The position numbers were made by a program, and so were the translations under genes. Below, in pieces: positions 26,803 through 35,230 of a DNA stretch of 64,000 bases. The stretch is from NCBI GenBank assembly GCA_039931865.1, contig JBDTRB010000002.1:5589-69588 (forward strand). Reading direction: 5' to 3'. The stretch is from Acidobacteriota bacterium (GTDB lineage: Bacteria; Acidobacteriota; Thermoanaerobaculia; UBA5066; Gp7-AA6). The number at the start of each line of letters is the position of its first letter. Positions within the stretch are counted from its first letter, which is position 1. The notes under the pieces were generated by a model. It was not told the DNA's origin. It saw only the letters and a program-made list of their open reading frames with translations, and ran no database searches.

Positions 26803-27743
26803 GCGCGCCCGAAGCCCCACTCGACGCTTCCCGCGATTCGCAGGATGGCGCCCTCCCGCGCATGAACGCGACCCGTCCCCTGGACTGGTCGATCCGGCGC
26901 GAGCTCTGGGAGAACCGTTCTTTGACCATTGCGCCTCTGGCCGTAGCGGGCTTCGTTCTCTTCGTCCTGGTAATTACGACGTTCGGCCTGCCGCGCAAAG
27001 TGCGGGCTCTCCCGACGATGGACCCGGCCCGGCAGCATCTGGTCGCCGCTTCTCCGTTCAGCATCGCGCCGAGCATGATCATGATGACGACGATCCTCGT
27101 CGGGATTTTCTACTCCCTGGACGCGCTGTACGGGGAGCGCCGCGACCGCAGCATCCTGTTCTGGAAGTCGCTCCCGGTCTCCGATCGCACGACGGTTCTC
27201 TCGAAAGCCGCCATCCCGCTCGTCGTGCTGCCGCTGATCGGCCTGGCGCTGAGCTTCGCGGCGCAGGTGGGTGTTCTGCTGTGGGGCAGCGTCATCCTGA
27301 TGGCGAGTCGGGTGAGTCCGGCCACGTGGTACTCCCATCTGCATCTGTTTCAGATGCCGCTCACGCTGGTTTACGGCGTCTTCGCTTTCGCCCTCTGGCA
27401 TGCGCCGATCTACGCCTGGCTGCTCCTCGTGTCCGGCTGGGCGAAGCGCACCCCGCTCCTCTGGGCCGTCCTTCCGTTCGCTGTGCCTGCCGCGGTCGAG
27501 CGCGCCGCCTTCAACACCACGCATATCGGCTCGCTGCTCCGGTACCGCTTCATGGGTGCGATGACGTCGGCCTTCGACATTCCGCCGGGGACGGCGGGGC
27601 AACACGGGATGGTCGTCGATCGCGTCTCGCAGCTCGATCCGGCGAAATTTCTCCGCACGCCGGGCCTGTGGCTCGGGCTGCTCCTCGCGGCGGCGTTCCT
27701 CGCGGCCGCCGTGCGCCTGCGCCGGTATCGGGAGCCGATGTGA
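26799..27743 (+). CDS. ABC-2-type permease-like membrane protein
   Basis: The start overlaps the ATPase stop (ATGA). There are six or more hydrophobic helices. Confidence 0.7.
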   Translation: MSAPEAPLDASRDSQDGALPRMNATRPLDWSIRRELWENRSLTIAPLAVAGFVLFVLVITTFGLPRKVRALPTMDPARQHLVAASPFSIAPSMIMMTTILVGIFYSLDALYGERRDRSILFWKSLPVSDRTTVLSKAAIPLVVLPLIGLALSFAAQVGVLLWGSVILMASRVSPATWYSHLHLFQMPLTLVYGVFAFALWHAPIYAWLLLVSGWAKRTPLLWAVLPFAVPAAVERAAFNTTHIGSLLRYRFMGAMTSAFDIPPGTAGQHGMVVDRVSQLDPAKFLRTPGLWLGLLLAAAFLAAAVRLRRYREPM

Positions 27744-27772
27744 ACGGAGACGGAAATCGAAAGGTGACAATC

Positions 27773-28666
27773 ATGCGAATCAGTCTCCTCCGGCGCGTGA
27801 GCCGCGCCATCGCCCTCCTCGGAACGCTTACTTCTGCCTCGGCTTCGGTCCTCGCGCAAACCTCCCTGATCGAGCAGGGGCGAGCCGCACTCGGACGCGG
27901 CGAGACGGATTCCGCGGTCGGCATCCTCGAGAAGGCGGTCGCTCAGTCGCCGCAGAGCGCCGAGGCGCACTTCGCGCTCGGCAGCGCCTACGGCAACAAA
28001 GCGCAGGCGAGCGGGATGTTCGGCGCTCCCAGGTACGCGTCGAAACTGAAGGGCGAGTTCGAGAAAGCGGGCGCGCTCGACCCGAAGTACATCGAGCCGC
28101 GATTTGGCCTCGTTCAGTTCTACGCGAGCGCGCCCGGGATCATGGGCGGCTCGCACGAGAAGGCGCTCGCGCAGGCGAAGGACCTCAAGGCGATCAACCC
28201 GCTCGCCGGCCACCGCGCGTATGCGTTCATCTACACGCAGCAGAAAAAGCTCGACCTGGCGGAGAAGGAGTATCTGGAGGCGCTTCGGGAAGAGCCGGCG
28301 TCTCCGAAGGCACACAGCTATTTCGGTCAGTACCTCGCGAACTCCGCGAAGAACTACGCGGCGGCCTTTGCGGAGTTCGAATCCGCGCTGAAACTCGACC
28401 CGCAGTACATGCCGGCGTTCTACCACCTCGGGCGCACCGCGTCGCTCGCGAACACGAACCTGGCGCGTGGCGAGGAGGCGCTCAAGCAGTACGTCGCCTA
28501 TACCCCGAAGGAGAGCGAGCCGGCGCTCGCCAACGCGCAATACTTCCTGGGCGACGTTTACGAGAAACAGGGGAGGAAGGCCGAGGCCAGGCAGGCCTAC
28601 ATGGCCGCGCTCAAACTCAATCCATCGCTCGTGAAAGCCGGGGACGCGTTGAAGCGCGTGTCATGA
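27773..28666 (+). CDS. Secreted TPR-repeat protein
   Basis: Internal ATG. Signal peptide MRISLLRRVSRAIALLGTLTSASASVLA. Followed by repeated A..(Y/F).LG.AY....A TPR helices. Confidence 0.75.
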   Translation: MRISLLRRVSRAIALLGTLTSASASVLAQTSLIEQGRAALGRGETDSAVGILEKAVAQSPQSAEAHFALGSAYGNKAQASGMFGAPRYASKLKGEFEKAGALDPKYIEPRFGLVQFYASAPGIMGGSHEKALAQAKDLKAINPLAGHRAYAFIYTQQKKLDLAEKEYLEALREEPASPKAHSYFGQYLANSAKNYAAAFAEFESALKLDPQYMPAFYHLGRTASLANTNLARGEEALKQYVAYTPKESEPALANAQYFLGDVYEKQGRKAEARQAYMAALKLNPSLVKAGDALKRVS

Positions 28667-29427
28667 GGACCGGACAGACGCCGGGCCGAGAGGGGCACAC
28701 CGACCTGCTCGCATCGAGCCAGGAACGGCGGATGTCACTCCAGAAGACCGCCAGATTCGCGGGCCTGCTCTATTTCCTCGCCTGCATCCCGGCGCCCTTC
28801 AGCCTCCTCTACGTGCCCCGCGCCCTGATCGTGACGGGAGACCCCGCGGCGACGGCCTCGAAGATCCTGGGCTCGGAGTGGATGTTCCGGCTCGGCGTCG
28901 CGGGGGAGCTCGTCAACGCGGTCGCGTTTCTGTTCGTCACTCTCGCCCTCTACCGCCTGTTCCGGGGTGTCGACCAGCCAAAGGCCTCCCTCATGGTGAC
29001 GCTGTTCGCTCTATCGGTGCCGGTCTCGTTCGTGAACGCGCTCAACAACATCGCGGCGCTGATCCTTTTCCGCGGCGGGGATTACCTGTCGGCGTTCTCG
29101 AAGCCCCAGCGCGACGCCCTCGCCATGATCTTTCTCCGTCTGCATGCCCACGGGCTCGTCGTCGGCGCGATCTTCTGGGGGCTCTGGCTCTTCCCGTTCG
29201 GGGTTCTCGTCTACAGATCGCGGTTCCTACCTCGGATTCTCGGCGTTCTGCTCGTCATCAACTGCTTCGCATACGTCATCCCCGGTTTCACTTCCGTACT
29301 CCTGCCGCGGTACCGGGAGGCCGTGAATGGGGTCGCGCTTCCTTTCCTCCTCGGCGAACTGGCGATCGCCCTGTGGCTGCTGATTCGCGGCGCCCGGGAA
29401 CGGCCGCCCGCTGAAGCCCCCGCCTGA
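28663..29427 (+). CDS. DUF4386 domain membrane protein
   Basis: ARFAGLLYFLACIPAPFSLLYVP..LIV.GDPAATASKIL.SE..FRLGVAGELV is a paralogue of 35231..35998. The ATG overlaps the TPR stop (ATGA). The alternative start is at 28732. Confidence 0.75.
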   Translation: MRTGQTPGREGHTDLLASSQERRMSLQKTARFAGLLYFLACIPAPFSLLYVPRALIVTGDPAATASKILGSEWMFRLGVAGELVNAVAFLFVTLALYRLFRGVDQPKASLMVTLFALSVPVSFVNALNNIAALILFRGGDYLSAFSKPQRDALAMIFLRLHAHGLVVGAIFWGLWLFPFGVLVYRSRFLPRILGVLLVINCFAYVIPGFTSVLLPRYREAVNGVALPFLLGELAIALWLLIRGARERPPAEAPA

Positions 29428-29489
29428 CGACTGCCGACACTCAACACAGTCACGGTCACGCACACCAACTTGCTCAAAAGGAGACTGAT

Positions 29490-30143
29490 ATGCACTTCCC
29501 GGTCGACATCACCAGCCCGACGCGAACGCTTCTCCACACTCTTCTGTTCTGCCTTCTGGCCCCGGCGACGTTCGCCGCCGCCCAGGAACTTACACCGCCC
29601 GCGCCCGCGCCCGCCGCGTCTGCCTCTTCCACTGCCCCGCGAGTCGGCTTCGTCATGCCGAAGGAGAACGCGGTCCCGGCCTGGCACCGATACATGTACA
29701 TCCAGTTGAAGACGTTCGTCCTCAAGTCCGCGGACCGGATGGGTGAGGAGAACTACAGCTTCAAGCCCACCGAGGCGATCCGCAGCTACGGCCAGGTCCT
29801 CGGCCACATCGCCGACGCGCAGTACGGGTTCTGTTCGATCGCGCTCGGCGAGAAAAACCCGGCCCTGAAGATCGAGCAGACGAAAAGCTCGAAAGCCGAT
29901 CTGACCGCCGCGCTCAAGGATGCCTTTTCCTACTGTGACAGGGCGTACGACGGCATGACCGACGCGACCGGCGCCCAGACCGTGAAGATGTTTGGAACCG
30001 ACGCTCCGAGGCTCGGGGTCCTGATCGTCAATACGGCCCACACGACTGAGCACTACGGCAACCTCGTCACCTACATGCGGCTGAAAAACATCGTGCCGCC
30101 GTCGAGCGATCAGGGGTCCATGGCGCGGCCGCCGAAACAGTAG
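29490..30143 (+). CDS. DinB-family protein with an N-terminal signal sequence
   Basis: AAGGAG RBS. YGQVLGHIADAQYGF and HTTEHYGNLVTYMRL are DinB His-triad-like helices. Confidence 0.8.
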   Translation: MHFPVDITSPTRTLLHTLLFCLLAPATFAAAQELTPPAPAPAASASSTAPRVGFVMPKENAVPAWHRYMYIQLKTFVLKSADRMGEENYSFKPTEAIRSYGQVLGHIADAQYGFCSIALGEKNPALKIEQTKSSKADLTAALKDAFSYCDRAYDGMTDATGAQTVKMFGTDAPRLGVLIVNTAHTTEHYGNLVTYMRLKNIVPPSSDQGSMARPPKQ

Positions 30144-30237
30144 GCCGCCGGGGCTTTTCGCTCAACGAAGGACGACGCACTCGCCTGACAGAAACAGTAG
30201 ACGGGGCCCCGCCGAAGCCGGGGCCCGAGGAGGAAAC

Positions 30238-30981
30238 GTGGAAGCCACCAGCATCGGTCTCATCGAACCGGGAGGCGAAGCTCATCGTGTGTGGGGCAGC
30301 ATCCTTTCGCAGTCCGCCACCGGCGAGCTCGTCGGGATGATGAACTTCGCGAGCCTCGTCGATCTTTACGACGACGCGGAGGACAAGATCGACGCTCTCG
30401 AGCACGCGGCGAGGGAGAAGGCGCATGCCCGCTCGTTCCAGCGGCTCGGGAAGGAGATGGGCATCTGCGTGACGATGAACGTGAACGCGCCTTACTGGAA
30501 GCGGATCCGCACCGCTTTCGTCAAGAGCGCGGGGCGCGGCGATTTCACCGCGTGCCTGATCATCCAGGAGCTGATGCTCGAGTCCTTCGCGGTCTCGATG
30601 TATCGCGCGGTGGCGCGCGTGGCGCCGGGCAAGCTCGGCAGGGCGTACAAAACGATCGCCGCGGAGGAGACGGATCATCTCGAACACGCGATCACGCTCC
30701 TGCAGGAGATCTTCCGGCGCGATCCTGTCGGTCTTCAGCAGAAGGTCGCCGCCGTACACGAGGACGTCATGTCCGTCCTCGCGGAGATGGTCGCGAGGGA
30801 GGACATTCGAGGCGACTGCGAGCTGTGCGGAAAGACGTGCATCAAGCCTTCCCTTCCGCAGGTCAGCCTCGACATCGTCGAGCTCCGCGGCGGGGCGCTC
30901 AACCTCTACCTGAAGTCTCTCGACCGGGTCGGCCTTCCCGGAGACGAGACCCTCCAGTGGATTACGCGGCTGCCGGTGTGA
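30238..30981 (+). CDS. ado: Aldehyde-deformylating oxygenase homologue (ferritin-like di-iron, Ald_deCOase family)
   Basis: GTG start with GAGGAGG upstream. Blocks AREKAHARSF, TACLIIQELMLESFAVSMY and AAEETDHLEH are colinear with cyanobacterial ADO. Ligand-equivalent E30, E60, H63, E115, E144 and H147 are all present. Confidence 0.8.
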   Translation: MEATSIGLIEPGGEAHRVWGSILSQSATGELVGMMNFASLVDLYDDAEDKIDALEHAAREKAHARSFQRLGKEMGICVTMNVNAPYWKRIRTAFVKSAGRGDFTACLIIQELMLESFAVSMYRAVARVAPGKLGRAYKTIAAEETDHLEHAITLLQEIFRRDPVGLQQKVAAVHEDVMSVLAEMVAREDIRGDCELCGKTCIKPSLPQVSLDIVELRGGALNLYLKSLDRVGLPGDETLQWITRLPV

Positions 30982-32165
30982 GCGCCGCCGTTTTCTTCGC
31001 ACGCCCCGTCGCAGCGACGGCGCGGTTCGCGCTCATCGGACATCTCGACAGTTGGGAAAAGACCGCGGCCGTGGTCCAGACGCTGCGAGGCGATCTCGGC
31101 CGCCCGATCTCGGTCCGCGACGTCCGCGAGATCGTCCCGTTTCTGCCGCCTCGGACCGTCTGCCGCGTCACGGTGTTTTCAACGGACGGATCGTCGGCCC
31201 AGGGCGTTTACGTGGATGCGTTTCTCTCACCGGAACGGCTCTGCGACGGATCCGTGCGCCAGAAGATCCAGAGGATCCGGGAGGCGGCCAGCTGCGCGCA
31301 TCGGGAGGGAGCGACCGTCGCGGCGCTCGGCGGTTTCAGCTCGATCGTCCTGGAGGGAAAGGTCGACCTCCTGCCGTTCGACGACAAAGTTGCGTTCACG
31401 ACCGGGAACACTCTGACGGTCGCCTACATCGTGGAAGGGGTCGAGCGCGCGGCGGCGCTCGCGCGACGGCCGCTCGACTCGCAGACCGTGCTCATCCTCG
31501 GTGCGACCGGGGATGTGGGTTCCGGGTGCGCCCGCTATCTCCTGGGGCGCGCCGGGCGACTTCTTCTCTGCGCCCGCAACCCGCACCGCCTGCGCAGGCT
31601 GCAGCGCTCGCTCGCCTCGGACGACACGCGCGTCGCGATCTCGACCGACCCGGACGAGTTTCTGCCCCGGGCGGACGTGGTCATCGCGGCGGCTAGCCTG
31701 TCCGCGCCGCGCTTCTCGCTCCGGTTGGTACGCCCGGACGCGATCGTCTGCGATGCCGGCTACCCGAAGAACATCCTCGCGGACGGGGAGGGCGGTCCGG
31801 TCGTCTTTTTCGGGGGAATGGGGCAGGTGCTCGGAGGACTGGAGCTCGTCCCCGACCTGATGTCAGTCCTCGCTCCGCATCCGGCGCCGAACGTCGTCCA
31901 GGGTTGCCTTCTCGAAGGAATGCTCCTCGCGCTCGAGGGGCGCTCGGAGTCGTTCTCGCGAGGCCGGGGCCACATCGAGCCGGCGCAGGTCGACGAGATC
32001 TGGGCCCTCGCAGAGAAACATGGATTCGCGCTTGCGCCGTTCTTCGACGCCGAGGGGCCCTGCGAGGACCGCCTCACGGCGCTGGCGCCGGCGCGGGCTC
32101 TGCGAAATGCACCCCTTGCTTACCGAGAGGAGAATCCCGTAGACTCCCCTAGGAAACCGATATGA
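30978..32165 (+). CDS. aar: Long-chain acyl-ACP reductase homologue (AAR)
   Basis: GTG overlaps the ADO stop (GTGA). Blocks FALIGHLDSWE, ALGGFSSIVLEG, FTTGNTLTVAYIV, GATGDVGSGCARYL, DAGYPKNI, GCLLEGMLLALEG and FSRGRGHIE..EKHGF are colinear with cyanobacterial AAR. Confidence 0.8.
   Translation: MSAAVFFARPVAATARFALIGHLDSWEKTAAVVQTLRGDLGRPISVRDVREIVPFLPPRTVCRVTVFSTDGSSAQGVYVDAFLSPERLCDGSVRQKIQRIREAASCAHREGATVAALGGFSSIVLEGKVDLLPFDDKVAFTTGNTLTVAYIVEGVERAAALARRPLDSQTVLILGATGDVGSGCARYLLGRAGRLLLCARNPHRLRRLQRSLASDDTRVAISTDPDEFLPRADVVIAAASLSAPRFSLRLVRPDAIVCDAGYPKNILADGEGGPVVFFGGMGQVLGGLELVPDLMSVLAPHPAPNVVQGCLLEGMLLALEGRSESFSRGRGHIEPAQVDEIWALAEKHGFALAPFFDAEGPCEDRLTALAPARALRNAPLAYREENPVDSPRKPI
32111..32161 (+). 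promoter_or_regulatory. padR promoter/leader module (candidate -35 TTGCTT, -10 TAGACT, CCTAGG palindrome, very short leader)
   Basis: TTGCTT-N18-TAGACT is followed by CCCCTAGGAAACCGAT and then ATG. The module is repeated at 7694 and 25208. Confidence 0.5.
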
Positions 32166-32497
32166 GCAAACCCAATGACCTCGTTCAGGGCACTCTCGAC
32201 CTGCTCCTCCTGAAGATCCTGGCGCTGCAGCCCCTGCACGGCTGGGCGATCAGTCTTCGCCTGAGGTCCCTCTCGGGCGACGTCCTGCAGGTGAGCGAAG
32301 GCTCCCTCTACCCGGCGCTGCACAAGCTCGAGCAGGAGGGGTGGATCAAGGCGGAGTGGAAGCAGACGGAAAACAACCGGCGGGCGAAGTTCTATTCGCT
32401 CACCCGGCTCGGAAGACGGGAGCTCGAATCCGAGGCGGCGAACTGGCAGCGCCTGTCATCCGCCATCTCGAGCCTCGTCCAGCTTTCCGAGGCCTAG
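32162..32497 (+). CDS. PadR-family transcriptional regulator (acidobacterial type)
   Basis: GTLDLLLLKILALQPLHGWAISLRL...SGDVLQVSEGSLYPALHKLEQEGWIKAEWK.TENNRRAKFYSLT..GR. Confidence 0.9.
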   Translation: MSKPNDLVQGTLDLLLLKILALQPLHGWAISLRLRSLSGDVLQVSEGSLYPALHKLEQEGWIKAEWKQTENNRRAKFYSLTRLGRRELESEAANWQRLSSAISSLVQLSEA

Positions 32498-32503
32498 GAA
32501 CCC

Positions 32504-35212
32504 ATGCGATTCGAACACTGGTGGTTCACGGCCCCGCTGAGGGTGAAGTCGATCCTCCTGCGACGCCGGGTCGAGGGGGAGCTCGACGAGGAGCTCCGGT
32601 TCCACCTGGAGCAGAAGATCGAGGAAGGCATCACGGAGGGACTTTCTCCCGAAGAGGCGCGTTCCCGCGCGCTTCGAGCGATGGGCGGCCTCGAGCAGAA
32701 AAAAGAGGAGATGCGGGACATGCGACGGATCCACTGGCTGACCGATTTCGTGGACGACGTGCGCTACGCGTTCCGCAGCCTGCGCCGAACCCCGGGCCTC
32801 GCCGTGTTCGTGGTGATCACGCTCGCGCTGGGGATCGGAATGACGACGACGCCCTTCAGCATGCTCGACGCGCTGATCTTCCGGCCGTACCCCGTCCCGA
32901 ATCCCGGCGAGATCGTCACCCTGGTGAGCACCTCCCGCGACAGCCGCTTCGAGAGCTTCTCTTACCGCGAGTATCTCGACATCCGCAACAAGACGAAGAG
33001 CTACAACGCCGTCGTTGCGAACGCGAGACTCGAAGCCGTCGGCTTCACTGCCGAGCCCGGATCGACGCCGCTCGTCCGCCCGGGCCTGATGGTTTCCGGC
33101 AACTACTTTCAGGGGCTCGGCGTGAAGATGCAGCTCGGTCGCGGGTTTCGCGAGGATGAAGACAGGGTCCCCGGGCGCGAGGCCGTGGTGGTGCTCGGGC
33201 CGGATTTCTGGAAACGTGAATTCGCCGGCAGCCGGTCCGCCGTCGGCAGAGTCATCCGATTGAACGGCACGAACTTCACCGTGATCGGCGTCGCTCCGGA
33301 CTCCTTCCCCGGTATGCAGATCTTCTCGCGGCCCGGCTTTTACATGCCGCTCGCGATGGCGCGGGTCTTCTCGACCGACCCGTTGAAGAATCTCCTCGAA
33401 GACCGGGATGACCGCGAGTTGACGCTGCGGGCGCGTCTGAAACCGGGCACGCCGCTTTCTCAGGCGCGGAACGAGCTCGCCGTGCTGGCTCGCGACTTCC
33501 AACGTGAATATCCGAAGGTCAACCGCGACCGCGGCGCGGCCGTTCACACGCAATTCGAAATGCGAACCCAGGACAACGACGTCAACTGGAAATTCAGCGT
33601 GATTTTCTCGGTCCTCGCGCTCGCTGTCCTCCTGGTCGCGTGCACGAATGCCGCCGGCCTTCTTCTCGCGCGCGGCCGCTCGAGGACCAGGGAAATTGCC
33701 GTGAGACTCGCGATCGGCGCCGGCCGCTTCCGGCTGGTCCGGCTTCTGCTCACCGAGAGTCTCGTCCTGGCATGCCTCGGCGGACTCGGCGGGATCGCCG
33801 TCGGGTACCTCGGCATCCGCTTCATGGGCAAATTCAGCATCCCGTCCGAGCTGCCCGTCACCATTCCGTTTCGGATGGACACCCGCGTGCTGATCGCCAG
33901 CGTCGCGCTGTCCATGTTGAGCGCGCTGTTCTGCGGCCTGGCGCCGGCGCTTCAGAGCACACGAACGGACGTGGTTACCGGGCTGAAGTCTGCGGACGTG
34001 GACGTGCCGGGCCGCAGACACCTGTGGGGCCGGAACGCGCTGGTCGTGGCGCAGATCTCCATGTCCCTGATGCTCCTGGCGGCCTCGTTTCTGATGGCTC
34101 GGGGCTTCAACCACGACATCCAGGAGGGAGCGGGATACGCGAAGGACGCGAAGGACCACGTGCTGATGGTCAAGTTCGATCCGCGGCTCGTGCAATACAA
34201 CGCGGCTCAGACGGCGCAGTTCTACAAGCTTCTGTCGGACCGCGTGCGCCAGACGTCCGGGGTTTTGAGCACCGCTTTCACACAGAACCCGCCTCTCGGT
34301 CTGGGCGACTTCGACCGTGTCGCGTTCGTGCCGGAGGGATTTCAGATTCCGCGCGGGCGGGAAAACTTCACGTCGATGATGGATACCATCGACGACGGTT
34401 TCTTCCAGACCATGAGTGTGCCGATCCTGCGCGGGCGCGGCTTCCTGGCGTCGGACATGGCAGGCGCGCCTCGTGTCGCCGTCGTCAACGACCATTTCGC
34501 CAATCACTACTGGCCGGGCGCGCCGACCGTGCTCGGCAAACGTTTCCGGCTCGGAAGCGCCTCTGGTGAGCCGGTCGAGATCGTCGGCGTCGCTCAGTCC
34601 ATCAAGTATGGCGACGCTTTCGGAACGGCCTCGGATTTCGTGTACCTGCCGGTCCTTCAGAATCCCGTCCCCCGACTCGCCATGCTGGTGCGGACGAACG
34701 GCGATCCCCTCCAACTGGTCAAGCCGGTGAAGGATGTCGTCCGGAAGCTCGATGCGAACATGCCGATGCTCGAGACCAGGACCTATGAGGACCTTTACCG
34801 CTACGCGATCGTGGACGGCCCGGGGGTGGCCGTCCGGCTCGTGGGCACCCTGGGCGCCGTGGGCCTCGTGCTCGCCATCGCGGGCCTTTATGGCCTGGTC
34901 GCCTACAACGTTGCCCGCAGGACGCGCGAGATCGGCATCCGCATGGCGATTGGCGCTTCGCCCCTCGACGTCCTGCGGCTGGTCATGGGGAAGGGGCTGA
35001 TGCTCGTGAGCGTCGGGACGGTGATCGGGTTTGCGCTCGGAGTCGGGCTCGAGCGCCTGCTGAATTCGATGTTGTTCAACGCCGGCGGCTTCGCCTGGAC
35101 GGTGTATGTGATCGTAGTGCCGGCGATGGTCCTGATCACCATGCTCGCGGCCTACGTTCCGGCGCGCAAGGCATCCCGCATCGCTCCGACGATTGCCCTC
35201 CGATATGAGTAG
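32504..35212 (+). CDS. ADOP-family duplicated FtsX/MacB-type permease
   Basis: A 902-aa protein. The N-terminal RRRVEGELDEELRFHLE is typical of the ADOP family. There are two MacB_PCD + FtsX (REIA(V/I)R.A(I/L)GA) halves. Confidence 0.9.
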   Translation: MRFEHWWFTAPLRVKSILLRRRVEGELDEELRFHLEQKIEEGITEGLSPEEARSRALRAMGGLEQKKEEMRDMRRIHWLTDFVDDVRYAFRSLRRTPGLAVFVVITLALGIGMTTTPFSMLDALIFRPYPVPNPGEIVTLVSTSRDSRFESFSYREYLDIRNKTKSYNAVVANARLEAVGFTAEPGSTPLVRPGLMVSGNYFQGLGVKMQLGRGFREDEDRVPGREAVVVLGPDFWKREFAGSRSAVGRVIRLNGTNFTVIGVAPDSFPGMQIFSRPGFYMPLAMARVFSTDPLKNLLEDRDDRELTLRARLKPGTPLSQARNELAVLARDFQREYPKVNRDRGAAVHTQFEMRTQDNDVNWKFSVIFSVLALAVLLVACTNAAGLLLARGRSRTREIAVRLAIGAGRFRLVRLLLTESLVLACLGGLGGIAVGYLGIRFMGKFSIPSELPVTIPFRMDTRVLIASVALSMLSALFCGLAPALQSTRTDVVTGLKSADVDVPGRRHLWGRNALVVAQISMSLMLLAASFLMARGFNHDIQEGAGYAKDAKDHVLMVKFDPRLVQYNAAQTAQFYKLLSDRVRQTSGVLSTAFTQNPPLGLGDFDRVAFVPEGFQIPRGRENFTSMMDTIDDGFFQTMSVPILRGRGFLASDMAGAPRVAVVNDHFANHYWPGAPTVLGKRFRLGSASGEPVEIVGVAQSIKYGDAFGTASDFVYLPVLQNPVPRLAMLVRTNGDPLQLVKPVKDVVRKLDANMPMLETRTYEDLYRYAIVDGPGVAVRLVGTLGAVGLVLAIAGLYGLVAYNVARRTREIGIRMAIGASPLDVLRLVMGKGLMLVSVGTVIGFALGVGLERLLNSMLFNAGGFAWTVYVIVVPAMVLITMLAAYVPARKASRIAPTIALRYE

Positions 35213-35230
35213 CGCGCGAAAGGGAGACAC

